Positions 10,016-18,922 of a stretch of DNA of 64,000 nt are shown here, one piece after another. The stretch lies in the NCBI GenBank assembly GCA_963749705.1, contig CAVVNQ010000007.1:96001-160000 (forward strand), in the 5' to 3' direction. The first letter of the stretch is position 1, and each line of letters opens with the position of its first letter. The position numbers were made by a program, and so were the translations under genes. The notes under the pieces are model-generated. The model was given only the letters and a program-made list of their open reading frames with translations, was not told the DNA's origin and did not search any database. This DNA comes from an uncultured Chloroflexia bacterium. Its GTDB lineage: Bacteria; Chloroflexota; Limnocylindria; Limnocylindrales; CSP1-4.

Positions 10016-10888
10016 CTAGGCTGACACCGTCGCCGGTGGGGCGTCGCGAACGACGACGACATCGAGGCCGGCACTACGGCCCGCGATCGGGATCGACCGC
10101 TGCTCGACGCCCTCGACGGGCAGGCCGGCGCGATCCCAGGCCGCCCGACCGACCACGAGCTCCCCGGGCCCCGCGACGGACCCCAGTCGCGCCGCCACGT
10201 TCACGGTGTCGCCGAGCGCCGAGAAGTCCAGCCGGTCGCCGGAGCCGAGGGCCCCGACGAACGCGGGGCCGGTGTGGACCCCGACCCCGACGCGCACCCC
10301 GCCATCGACCAGCCGCGGCCGGCGCGCGGCTGCGAGCAGGTCCCGGCCCGCCATGATGGCGCGCCCCGCGTGATCCTCGCCCGAGAAGACCGGCACGAAC
10401 AGCGCCATGACCCCGTCGCCCATGAACTTGTCGATCATCCCGCCGTTCCGGGTGACGGCCCCGCTCGTCACCTGGTAGAACTCCTGGATCAGGCGGCGGA
10501 AGCCTGCCGCCGTCACCTGCTCGGCCAGCCCCGTCGAGCCGCGAACATCGGCGAACAGGACCGAGGTCTCCACCTCGGCGCCGCCCGGATGCTTGCCCAG
10601 GTCACGGAAGCACGCGTTGCACAGGAGCGGGTTCTGGTTGCTCTGTCCGTGCATGATCAGCGACGTGAGGATCCGGCCCGGCCCGTGGAACGGCGAGTTG
10701 CAGAACTTGCAGCGAGGATCCGAAGGCACCACGCCCCACACCTTCCGGATCCGGAGCATGGCCCTGTCGGTGCCGGTCAGGATGGCTCGCCACGCCTCGG
10801 TTCGGGCCGCGTCCGCGGCATCATTGGCTGGCGCGGGGTCGGGATCGGCGGGCGCGTCGGGTGGCTGGAGCTCGGGACGCTCGGTCAC
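10016..10888 (-). CDS. Class III adenylate/guanylate cyclase with N-terminal Cys4 motif
   Basis: VLFADVRGST, IDKFMGDGVMALF, GVGVHTG, GDTVNVAARL; CKFC...CNAC upstream. Confidence 0.92.
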   Translation of the reverse strand: MTERPELQPPDAPADPDPAPANDAADAARTEAWRAILTGTDRAMLRIRKVWGVVPSDPRCKFCNSPFHGPGRILTSLIMHGQSNQNPLLCNACFRDLGKHPGGAEVETSVLFADVRGSTGLAEQVTAAGFRRLIQEFYQVTSGAVTRNGGMIDKFMGDGVMALFVPVFSGEDHAGRAIMAGRDLLAAARRPRLVDGGVRVGVGVHTGPAFVGALGSGDRLDFSALGDTVNVAARLGSVAGPGELVVGRAAWDRAGLPVEGVEQRSIPIAGRSAGLDVVVVRDAPPATVSA

Positions 10889-11040
10889 CGCGCCAGACTA
10901 GGGCGAGCATGCGCGATGAGCAAGGTCGAGATCGGGTTGTGGAACCGGGTCCGTCTCCTGGAGGACGCGGCCGGCCGGCGAGGTGCATTCCGGGCGGCGC
11001 GGCCGGAGGCATCCGTGACCGGCCGGCCGGCGTACGCCCG

Positions 11041-11586
11041 ATGAGCGGGTCGCCCCAGGTGAGGCGCGCGACCACGGACGACGTCGACGCGATCGTCACG
11101 CTCCATGCCCGCTCGTGGCAGGTCGCCTACCGCGGGCTCATCCCGGACGCGATGATCGACCGTGTCATCACCCAGCGGGAGGCTCGCACGGAGCGGATCC
11201 GGGCCGTCGTGACCGATGCGGACGATCCCAGGCGCGCGTGGGTCGTCGTCGATCGCGGCGTGGTGGTCGGGTTCTCGATCGTCGGCCCGAGCCGCGATCC
11301 GGACGCGCCCGACGACACCGGCGAGGTCCACACCATCTACCTGGACCCCGATGCATTCGGGATGGGCATCGGGCGGACGCTGTTCTCCCGGGTGACCCAG
11401 GATCTGCGCGACTGCGGGTATCTGCGGGCGACCCTGTGGGTTCTCGAGGCGAACGCCCGCGCGCGACGGTTCTACGAGGCGGCCGGCTGGGCGTTCGACG
11501 GCACGACCCGCGACGACGAGCGGCCGGACGGCATCGTCCGCAACGCGCGCTACCGGCGCGACCTCGAGGACATCGCGGGACGCTGA
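11041..11586 (+). CDS. GNAT N-acetyltransferase
   Basis: VRRATTDD...GEVHTIYLDPDAFGMGIGRTL...LWVLEANARARRFYEAAGW. Confidence 0.9.
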   Translation: MSGSPQVRRATTDDVDAIVTLHARSWQVAYRGLIPDAMIDRVITQREARTERIRAVVTDADDPRRAWVVVDRGVVVGFSIVGPSRDPDAPDDTGEVHTIYLDPDAFGMGIGRTLFSRVTQDLRDCGYLRATLWVLEANARARRFYEAAGWAFDGTTRDDERPDGIVRNARYRRDLEDIAGR

Positions 11587-11588
11587 GC

Positions 11589-12152
11589 TCAGGTCGGCGG
11601 CGGGGCCGGGCGATCGAGGTCGAACACGAGCTCCTCGCCGTCGAACTCGTCCTCCTGCACGCCCACCTGGTGAAAGCCGAACGAGCGGATGATCGCCAGG
11701 GACGGCTCGTTGCCCGGCGACACGGAGGCGCGGAACCGGTGGCAGCCCTGCGACTCCGCCCAGTCGAGGAGCGCCGCCACGCACTCGGTCGCGATCCCTC
11801 GCCGGCGAAAGGCCGGCTCCACCCGGTAGCCGACCTCGGCTCGCCCGTCCTCGTCGGGCGGCGCATGGAACCCGATCGTGCCGATCAGCTCGCGTCGCCC
11901 GTCGGGATGCGTCCAGATGATCCCGCGCCCCAGCCACGGCCGGCTGTCGGGGTCCGCCCTGAGCGACGGGATCCGGTAGTCGAGGAAGTGGCCCAGCTGC
12001 TCGCGAAGATCGACAGGCAGCACGGCGTCCATCTCGCGCACGGCCACGTCGTGGTCGGCCGCGACGAGCGCCTCCATGAACGCGAGCGACATCGACCGGA
12101 GCTCGACGCGCGGCGTACGGATGACGAGGGTGTCGGACGGATCGTCGGGCAT
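11589..12152 (-). CDS. GNAT N-acetyltransferase (RimJ/RimL type)
   Basis: AEVGYRVEPAFRRRGIATE...NEPSLAIIRSFGF. Confidence 0.9.
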   Translation of the reverse strand: MPDDPSDTLVIRTPRVELRSMSLAFMEALVAADHDVAVREMDAVLPVDLREQLGHFLDYRIPSLRADPDSRPWLGRGIIWTHPDGRRELIGTIGFHAPPDEDGRAEVGYRVEPAFRRRGIATECVAALLDWAESQGCHRFRASVSPGNEPSLAIIRSFGFHQVGVQEDEFDGEELVFDLDRPAPPPT

Positions 12153-12194
12153 CGGCCGGAGGATACCGGGCCGAGCCCGCGATCGGGGGATCGG

Positions 12195-12449
12195 TCAGGA
12201 GAGTCTCGACCAGCGGCCGAGCGCCCAGTCCGCCTCGCGCACGCGGCGGTCGTCGAGGGCGGGGTCAGCGCGTCCCCGTCCGATGACGGTGACGCGGTCG
12301 TCGGCGTCCGTGGCCGGCTGCGCGGTCCACTCCCGGAGCACGGCCGCGGCGCGTGCGACGAGACCGAGGCCGCGCGACGGCGCCGGCCGGGTCATGGTGA
12401 CGGTGTTCGGGCCGGGCTCGCAGACCCGGAGATCGTTCGTTGCGACCAT
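12195..12449 (-). CDS. Small hypothetical protein divergent from marR
   Basis: GAGGA RBS before ATG 12449; 84 aa (MVATNDLRVCEPG...ALGRWSRLS); sits behind the operator array. Confidence 0.5.
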   Translation of the reverse strand: MVATNDLRVCEPGPNTVTMTRPAPSRGLGLVARAAAVLREWTAQPATDADDRVTVIGRGRADPALDDRRVREADWALGRWSRLS

Positions 12450-12478
12450 CGCATTGTCCTCGGCGACTTCGCGACCGG

Positions 12479-12596
12479 CTTTCGATGTCAAGACTCTCGA
12501 TCTCGAAGTACTTCGAGGAATGTACGGCATAGAGTCGTTTGATGTCAAGAGGTATGACCAAGAGTATCTTGACACTGCGACGGTATTGGTGATACT
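12479..12596. promoter_or_regulatory. MarR operator array and marR promoter
   Basis: AT-richer intergenic region with related pseudo-palindromes TTTCGA-TG-TCAAGA (12480), TCTCGA-TC-TCGAAG (12495), GTTTGA-TG-TCAAGA (12537) and TATCTTGACA (12565). TTGACA 12569 and GATACT 12591 place the start site near ATG 12603 (leaderless). Confidence 0.7.
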
Positions 12597-12602
12597 CGGA
12601 GC

Positions 12603-13178
12603 ATGGACGACGAGGGCGAACAGCTCGACGAGATCGATCAGTGGCTCCGGGTGTGGGAGCGCGAGATCCCTGACCTCGACCCGCTCACCGAGGGGATCGT
12701 CGAGCAAATCGGCATCCTGGCCAAGGCGTTCGGCCGCTCGATGGACGAGACGCTGGCGGTGTACGGCCTCGACCGGCGCTCGTACCACCTCCTCGGCCGG
12801 TTGCGCAGCTACGGGCCGCCGTACCAGCGCTCACCCGGCCAGCTGGCATCGGACATGCACCTGTCCAGCGGTGCGATGACCAACCGCCTCGATCGCATGG
12901 AGGCCGCGGGCCTCATCCGTCGCCTGGCGGATCCCAGCGATCGACGGGGCACGATCATCGAGCCGACCGAGCATGGCCACGCGACATGGGATCGCACCGT
13001 CGGCACCCAGGCGCGCCGCGAGGCGATGATCGCGTCCGTCCTTGATCCCGCTGAGCGCGCCGAGCTGTTCCGCCTGCTGCGTCATCTCATGCGGGCGTTC
13101 CCCGACGAAGCCCACAAGCTCCCCGAGGATCAAAAGGCGAAGGCCGTGGCGAGCGATCCCGGCCGCACGGCGTCCTGA
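12603..13178 (+). CDS. MarR-family regulator, UrtR/TamR-like
   Basis: N-terminal WEREIPDLDP helix; SPGQLA...LSSGAMTNRLDRMEAAGLIRR..DPSDRRG winged HTH. Confidence 0.9.
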   Translation: MDDEGEQLDEIDQWLRVWEREIPDLDPLTEGIVEQIGILAKAFGRSMDETLAVYGLDRRSYHLLGRLRSYGPPYQRSPGQLASDMHLSSGAMTNRLDRMEAAGLIRRLADPSDRRGTIIEPTEHGHATWDRTVGTQARREAMIASVLDPAERAELFRLLRHLMRAFPDEAHKLPEDQKAKAVASDPGRTAS

Positions 13179-13261
13179 TCCTGCCGCTCGCCGTCCTCAC
13201 GTGGGCTCGGCGGGCGTCCGTTCCGTCCCGGGGCCGGCGGCCCGGTCGCTGTGACCTGCCC

Positions 13262-14227
13262 TCAGGCGCCGGTGCCGATCGTCGTCCTGACCGCCTCGCG
13301 GAGGTAGGCCAGCACCCTGGGGTCGATCCAGCCCGCGGCGGCGGTTCGCTCCTCGAGGTTCTCCACGGCCATCCATGACAGGAGCCGTTCCTGCCATGCG
13401 TCATCCCATCCGTCGGCGAACGGGCGTGGCTCGCCCACGAACGGCCGCTCCTCGTCCGCCTCGCTCTCATCGGGCCACATCGGCGCATACACGGGGGCGA
13501 CCGTCGCGCCGATGCCCCATCCGAGCCGCTCGAGCCCTTCGCGGAGCTCGCTCGCGAGCAACGCGTCGACGGCGATCAGCTCGATCGGCGTCGGTCGCTC
13601 CAGGTACAGGTGCGTGAGGTCCAGCAGCCGGCCGAGCTCCGCGATCGGGTCGGGGTGGTCGTCCACGCGAAGGTCGATCCAGCGGTCGTTGCCGCCGCCG
13701 TATCCACCACCCTCGCGCACGATCAGGAGGGCCGCGGACTGGCGGCCGCGCCGGTCACCGCCGGCCGCATCGGCGGCGGCGAGGCACGCGACCAGCAGGT
13801 CCGGAAACGGACGGCCCCCGGCCTCGAACGTGTCCGCCAGCCCGTCGACGACCCCCGCTCCGGCGAGGATGTTGCCCTGGGCCGCAAAGTCCGGGCCCGT
13901 GCGTCCGCCGGCCCATGCAAAGCAGGACCGGCCGGTGAACGTCGCCGCCCGCCCCTGCGCGTCGACGACACCCGCCTGACGCTGCTGGCGCATCTCATCG
14001 GCGTCGACGAGCGCGGCGAGCGTCTGCTCGGCGCTCGCCCCGCCTTCGAGGAGCGCCAGCCCGTCCGGTCCGAATCGGACGTTGGCATAGGACTGGGTGG
14101 CGATCGCGCCGACGCCGGCGCGGGCCCATGGGACGACCGACCCCACCGACAGGAACTTTGACTGGACCGCGACCCCCAGGTCACCGGTCGCTGGATCACG
14201 AGCGACGATCGAGAACGTCACGTCCAT
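13262..14227 (-). CDS. DUF1028 (Ntn-hydrolase-like) protein
   Basis: TFSIVARDPATGDLGVAVQSKF, GAIATQS, AQGNIL, GGDRRGRQSAAL, DLRVDDHPDP. Confidence 0.9.
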   Translation of the reverse strand: MDVTFSIVARDPATGDLGVAVQSKFLSVGSVVPWARAGVGAIATQSYANVRFGPDGLALLEGGASAEQTLAALVDADEMRQQRQAGVVDAQGRAATFTGRSCFAWAGGRTGPDFAAQGNILAGAGVVDGLADTFEAGGRPFPDLLVACLAAADAAGGDRRGRQSAALLIVREGGGYGGGNDRWIDLRVDDHPDPIAELGRLLDLTHLYLERPTPIELIAVDALLASELREGLERLGWGIGATVAPVYAPMWPDESEADEERPFVGEPRPFADGWDDAWQERLLSWMAVENLEERTAAAGWIDPRVLAYLREAVRTTIGTGA

Positions 14228-14417
14228 GCCTCCTGCTTCTCGGCCGGCAAATCACCGGGCCAACGGTCGGCGTCCACCATCAGCCCCGCGGCGGACCCAT
14301 CATCCGTCCGAGCGCGGAGTGGTGCACGGGACGTTCCGCCCCGTCGCACGGCAGAGCCACGGCGAGCCCGCAGCCGGAATCCCGGTACGCTCGTGCCCCC
14401 TGCAAGGAGCCCCACGA

Positions 14418-14705
14418 TTGGAAGACTTCGAATCGCTCATGCGGCCGGGCGTCGTGACCGTCTACGGCGTCGACACCTGTGATGACACCACCCGGGCGCG
14501 TCGCCACCTGGACGCCGCGGGCACGCCGTACCGGTACGTGAACATGGACCTGGATCCAGCCGTCCGCGCGGTCGTCAGGAGGGCCGGGTATCTCGCGACA
14601 CCGGTGGTCCTGGCGCCGGCGGGTGGGGTGCTGGTCGAGCCGTCAGACGAGGATCTCGATGGGATCACCCGGTCCGAGCCGGGTGCCGCGCGCGATGGCG
14701 GGTAG
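14418..14705 (+). CDS. Glutaredoxin/mycoredoxin-like protein (CxxT)
   Basis: VTVYGVDTCDDTTRARRHLDAAGTPYRYVNMD...TPVV...LVEPS; AAGGAG RBS before TTG 14418. Confidence 0.75.
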   Translation: MEDFESLMRPGVVTVYGVDTCDDTTRARRHLDAAGTPYRYVNMDLDPAVRAVVRRAGYLATPVVLAPAGGVLVEPSDEDLDGITRSEPGAARDGG

Positions 14706-14988
14706 GGTCCCGTGGCACGTCTACATCGAGCTGTTCACGAGCCGTGAGGCCGTCCGGCACATCACCATCGGATGCCCAGCTGGACGCCGCGATCGCATCC
14801 GGGGACGTCATGCAGGTCGACTCCGGGCTCGAGTTCCTGTGCTCGGTCGTGTCCGCCCGAACCTACCAGCGGGGCACGCCCGTCGGAGGCTGAGGCCTGG
14901 CGTTAGAGCGTTTCCCCTCGGATCCTCATTTGCCGCGTCGCTGGCGACGGGCGGGGTCAGCCGGTGATCAGGGGCGGGACGAGCTCGC

Positions 14989-16344
14989 TCAACCGCCGTG
15001 ATCGCCGCTCGGACCCGCTGCGGCCGCCAGCGCGTCCGCGTACTTCTCGAGCGCCGTCGCCGCCTTCGACAGCGGGCCCATCACCACGGGCGTGCATGCC
15101 GCGGTGCAACGCCGGGCGAAGGCCGCCGCATCGCGCAGGCGTTCCTCCATGACCACCCATGCCGCGTCCCGGTGGGGCAGGAGGTAGTCGACCTCGTAGA
15201 ACAGCTCGAACGTGGGCCCGGCCGTGACGCCGGGCTGGTCGAATCCGATGGGCAGCCTGGTGAGCACGTTCCCGAGCGGCTTGATCCCCGAATACATGAG
15301 ACCGACGGCGACATCGGCCAGGACGCCCAGCTGCTCGTCGGTCTCGTCGGTGTGGGCGAAGTAGCGTGACAGGACCTGGAGCAGGACCTCGTTGACGACG
15401 TTGAGCAGGTCCATCGCCCGGGCGGTTCCCGGGTCCGAGATCGTGGGGATCGCGGGGCCGACCGCCGTCGGACGGACGCGGGCCGCGACGACGGGACGGG
15501 CGGGCTCGAAGCCGGGATCCTCCGCGCGCAGCTGGGTCAGCTCCTCGAGGATCCCCAGCAGGCGTCCGAAGTGCGCGTCACGCCATTCGCCGCGCGCCCC
15601 CTCGCCCTGCTCCACGATCGTATCGATCGCCCGGCGCGCGGACGCGAGATCGACGACCGCGACCAGCTCGGGCCATCGAAAGTGCTCCTCGGTGGCCTGC
15701 GCATTGGGCTGGCCGACGAACAGCCGCGACGCCCCGAGCCGCTCGGCGAGGTGCTCGAGCCCGGTCTCGACCGAGCGGTACAGCTGTCCGATCGTCTCGA
15801 AGTCCTGGAGCTGCGGTGCGATCTCGTCCGCCTCGTCGCGCGGAAGGGGGGTGGCCTGTTCCAGGGCGATGAAGCCCTCCGCGTCGTCGAACGCCATGCC
15901 CATCGGTCGCTCGAGGTAGGCGAAGTGGCGGAGGGCCGGCTCGGCGAACGGGAACAGGCCGACCTGCACGCCGGCCGGGTAGAGGTGCTGGGGAACCGGG
16001 AAGTTGGGCCTCGCCAGGCGGGGTGCGCCGCCGACGGCTGTGAGCAGGTTCTGGACCAGGGCGAGATGGAGCATCTCCTGCTCGGCGATCTCGCTCAGGG
16101 TCCGGCGCCAGCGCTGCGTCGCGGCGGCCTGGGTCGGCGTCAGGCCGTCGGCCTCGCCCTGCTTGAGCGAGAAGGCGGCGTACAAGTATTGGAGCATGAT
16201 CAGGTGCTCCAGCTCGGCTGCCTTGCCCAGCGTGTAGATCAGCGCCTCGCGGTGCTCGAGCCGGATCTGGCTTCCGGCGGGGACACCGCCACGGACCTCG
16301 ATGACATGCGCGAGGGGGCCCCGCGGCCCCCCGTCGTCAGACAC
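14989..16344 (-). CDS. Ferritin-like domain protein (VioB-related ferritin-like family)
   Basis: AAELEHLIMLQYLYAAFSLK, IAEQEMLHL, LERP, TIGQLY, IVEQGEG, AHFGR. Confidence 0.85.
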   Translation of the reverse strand: MSDDGGPRGPLAHVIEVRGGVPAGSQIRLEHREALIYTLGKAAELEHLIMLQYLYAAFSLKQGEADGLTPTQAAATQRWRRTLSEIAEQEMLHLALVQNLLTAVGGAPRLARPNFPVPQHLYPAGVQVGLFPFAEPALRHFAYLERPMGMAFDDAEGFIALEQATPLPRDEADEIAPQLQDFETIGQLYRSVETGLEHLAERLGASRLFVGQPNAQATEEHFRWPELVAVVDLASARRAIDTIVEQGEGARGEWRDAHFGRLLGILEELTQLRAEDPGFEPARPVVAARVRPTAVGPAIPTISDPGTARAMDLLNVVNEVLLQVLSRYFAHTDETDEQLGVLADVAVGLMYSGIKPLGNVLTRLPIGFDQPGVTAGPTFELFYEVDYLLPHRDAAWVVMEERLRDAAAFARRCTAACTPVVMGPLSKAATALEKYADALAAAAGPSGDHGG

Positions 16345-16561
16345 CCGTGTGGCGGAGCGCCGCGATCAGCCGCTGCGCCTGCTCCCGATCCTTGGCGTTC
16401 GGATGCTGATGGTCCGCCATGATCCCGCAGTACACGTCATGGATCGCCTGGGTCATCGTGTCCTCGTCGGCGAGCGTGACGCCCCGCTGCTGGAGCTCGC
16501 TCATCGCCGCGTCCGGACCGTCGTGGTGCATCGCATGGTCGAGGGCTTCGCGCATCGTCAT
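16337..16561 (-). CDS. Small His-rich hypothetical protein
   Basis: GGAGGT RBS; 74 aa; overlaps the start of the ferritin-like gene by 8 bp. Confidence 0.7.
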   Translation of the reverse strand: MTMREALDHAMHHDGPDAAMSELQQRGVTLADEDTMTQAIHDVYCGIMADHQHPNAKDREQAQRLIAALRHTGV

Positions 16562-16607
16562 CTGGGGACACCTCCTGCGCGGAATCTAGCCGCCGCCGGC
16601 CCGTCCG

Positions 16608-17492
16608 TCACCTGTCGCTCGCCGCGATCAGCTCGTCGAACACCATCCCGATCGAATCCGCCTGCAGCGACAGGTGGCCGTGCTCCGCGAGCAGCCTGGC
16701 ATGGACGCCGGGGATCCGCCCGGCCAGCCACCGGCCATGGGCGTACGGCACCATCCGATCCTGCTCGCCCTGCCACACCGTGACCGGAACCCGGATCGAT
16801 GCCAGGTCGAAGCCCCACGGTCGGGTGAACGCCAGGTCGTCGTCGTGCCAGCCCCAGGTGCCGTTTCGCAGGCTCGCGCGGATGTCGGCCGCGATCGAGT
16901 CGGCCATCTCGCCCGTGAGCGCCGCCCGGTCGACATCGGGGACGAGATCACCGAACGCCTGGGCGATCTGGCCTCCGGATGCCGTGGCGAAGGCGGGAGC
17001 CGCGGCCTCGAGGAACGCGGCGAGCTCGGCCGGTCCCGCGACGGCCGCGCCGAACTCCTCGACGTTCTCGGCCCCCATCCCGGCCAGGAAGTCGAGCCCG
17101 TCGGCCTCGTACGGAGCCACGCTCCCGATCGTCGCCGCAGCGGCCACCCGATCGGGCAGCACGGCCGCGGTCGCCAGGGCGTGCGGACCGCCGCCGGAGA
17201 CCCCCAGGGTCAGCACGCGTGCCGCGCCCAGCGCGTCGAGGACGATCGTCACGTCGGCGCCGACGTCGGCGATCGACCGCCCGGCGTTTCGGGTCGACTC
17301 GCCGTAGCCCGGGCGCACGACGCACACGTGCCGCAGATTGCGCTCCGCTGCCGCGGCGACCCAGCTGGGGGACGGGAGCCCGGCACCGGGCGTCCCGTGG
17401 TGGAACAGCAGGATCCGGCCGTCCGCGGGCCCGGCGATCCGGACCTCCAGCTGCCGGCCGTCCGGCGTGGGGATCAGGCGCTGTTCGATCAT
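16608..17492 (-). CDS. Alpha/beta hydrolase
   Basis: FHHGTPG, RPGYGES, nucleophile GVSGGG, QGEQDRMVP, GHLS. Confidence 0.92.
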   Translation of the reverse strand: MIEQRLIPTPDGRQLEVRIAGPADGRILLFHHGTPGAGLPSPSWVAAAAERNLRHVCVVRPGYGESTRNAGRSIADVGADVTIVLDALGAARVLTLGVSGGGPHALATAAVLPDRVAAAATIGSVAPYEADGLDFLAGMGAENVEEFGAAVAGPAELAAFLEAAAPAFATASGGQIAQAFGDLVPDVDRAALTGEMADSIAADIRASLRNGTWGWHDDDLAFTRPWGFDLASIRVPVTVWQGEQDRMVPYAHGRWLAGRIPGVHARLLAEHGHLSLQADSIGMVFDELIAASDR

Positions 17493-17580
17493 GGCGGCAG
17501 CATGCGCCATTTCGCGATGTCCCGTCGAAGGGCCAGAATCGGGCGGTCGCCGCGGCACGCGGCGCAACACGGGAGACGGC

Positions 17581-17934
17581 ATGCGCGAACCCGGTTGGCT
17601 GCCCTCGATCGTGCTTCGCGAGCAGCGGGACGAGGACGGGTCGCGCCGCCTCGTCGCCGAATGGCGCGAGGGCGTTGGGGTCGTGATCGAGGGCCAGGAC
17701 CTGGGGCCGGGCGTCGAGCGAACCTATGGCTCCGGCCTCGACGAGTACGAGTGGCTGTGGCGGATCGCCCCCGACGCCGTTCCCGGCATGGTGGCGGCGC
17801 TCGGCGGTCTGCCGGGCGACGACCCGCTACCGCTCCTTGCCGCCTGGTACGCCGCCCACGGGTACCTCGACCCGGGCATCCACCTGCGCGAGGCCGGCGT
17901 GCCGATCGAGTTCTGGAGCCGGGTCGGCGACTAG
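17581..17934 (+). CDS. Hypothetical protein
   Basis: GGGAG RBS before ATG 17581; globular-looking 117 aa (IEGQDLGPGVE...EYEW). Confidence 0.65.
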   Translation: MREPGWLPSIVLREQRDEDGSRRLVAEWREGVGVVIEGQDLGPGVERTYGSGLDEYEWLWRIAPDAVPGMVAALGGLPGDDPLPLLAAWYAAHGYLDPGIHLREAGVPIEFWSRVGD

Positions 17935-17957
17935 GGCGGATCGCCGGCGCGCCCGCG

Positions 17958-18824
17958 TCAGCCCAGGCGGTACTGGTCCACGTCAGTGACCGGCTCGTAG
18001 CCGATCGCCTGGTAGACGTGGTTCGACGTGGGGTTGGCGAGGTCCGTGAACAGGAAGCAGAAGCTCCGGCCCTCGTCCAGGAGCTGCTGGCTGGCCGCCG
18101 CGACCAGCGCGCTCGCGTACCCGCGCCGCCGATCGGCCGGCGGCGTGTACACCGGCCCGATCCGGATCCCGTTGGGCGTCGGCGACCCCGAGCCGGCCAG
18201 CGAGACCGCACGGCCGTCGACCTCCCACAGCCATGCCGTCCGGTCGGCCTCGCCCAGCCATCGATCGACCATCCGATCCATGTCGCGTCGCGGCTCGTCG
18301 TCCGGGAGGGCCTCCCGGTCGAAGGCGGTGATCCAGGACACGAGCAGCGGCCGGTCCGCCTCCCGGGCATGACGCATGACGCCGGGGGTCGGCCGCGGCG
18401 GGATCACGCGCGACAGCCGGTAGATCCGCTCCTCGACGAGCAGGGTCGCGGGCTGCCCGGTGACCGCGGACCAGCGCTCGACGAACGGGCCGACGACCGA
18501 CTTCGGGCCGAGCACGCCGGGCAGGTCCGGGGTGACCATCCGGACGTCGTCCACCAGCACCGACACCGCGTCCGCGACCCGGTCGGCGGGGACGCCGGGC
18601 TCGGACAGGATGAGGTGATGGGGCGGCGTGCGAACCGCGATCAGCGCGACCGTGCCCTGGTCCCTGACCGCGGCGAGGTACGCCGGATCCGGGTAGACCT
18701 CCGGGTGATCCCGCAGCGTGCCCAGGATCCCGAGCGGCAGGTTGTGCTCGGCCTCGCGGGCCGCAAGGTAGTCGCCCACGGCCGAGAGCAGCGAGGTGGC
18801 CGAGCGATGGCGCTCCAGGTCCAT
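17958..18824 (-). CDS. GNAT acetyltransferase (FR47-like C-terminal domain)
   Basis: RIGPVYTPPADRRRGYASALVA...LFTDLANPTSNHVYQAIGY. Confidence 0.92.
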   Translation of the reverse strand: MDLERHRSATSLLSAVGDYLAAREAEHNLPLGILGTLRDHPEVYPDPAYLAAVRDQGTVALIAVRTPPHHLILSEPGVPADRVADAVSVLVDDVRMVTPDLPGVLGPKSVVGPFVERWSAVTGQPATLLVEERIYRLSRVIPPRPTPGVMRHAREADRPLLVSWITAFDREALPDDEPRRDMDRMVDRWLGEADRTAWLWEVDGRAVSLAGSGSPTPNGIRIGPVYTPPADRRRGYASALVAAASQQLLDEGRSFCFLFTDLANPTSNHVYQAIGYEPVTDVDQYRLG

Positions 18825-18922
18825 GCCCGAGACGATACGACACGGGCGTCCCCCGGGCAGGTCCGGTGCACGGATTGGAGCCGACCGTAGACTGGCGCCA
18901 TGCCTCGACTCGTCAAGGAACG

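Noticed and set aside
14706-14988. ~280-bp gap as an ncRNA or small gene
   Set aside because: No convincing ORF, RBS or recognisable RNA structure.
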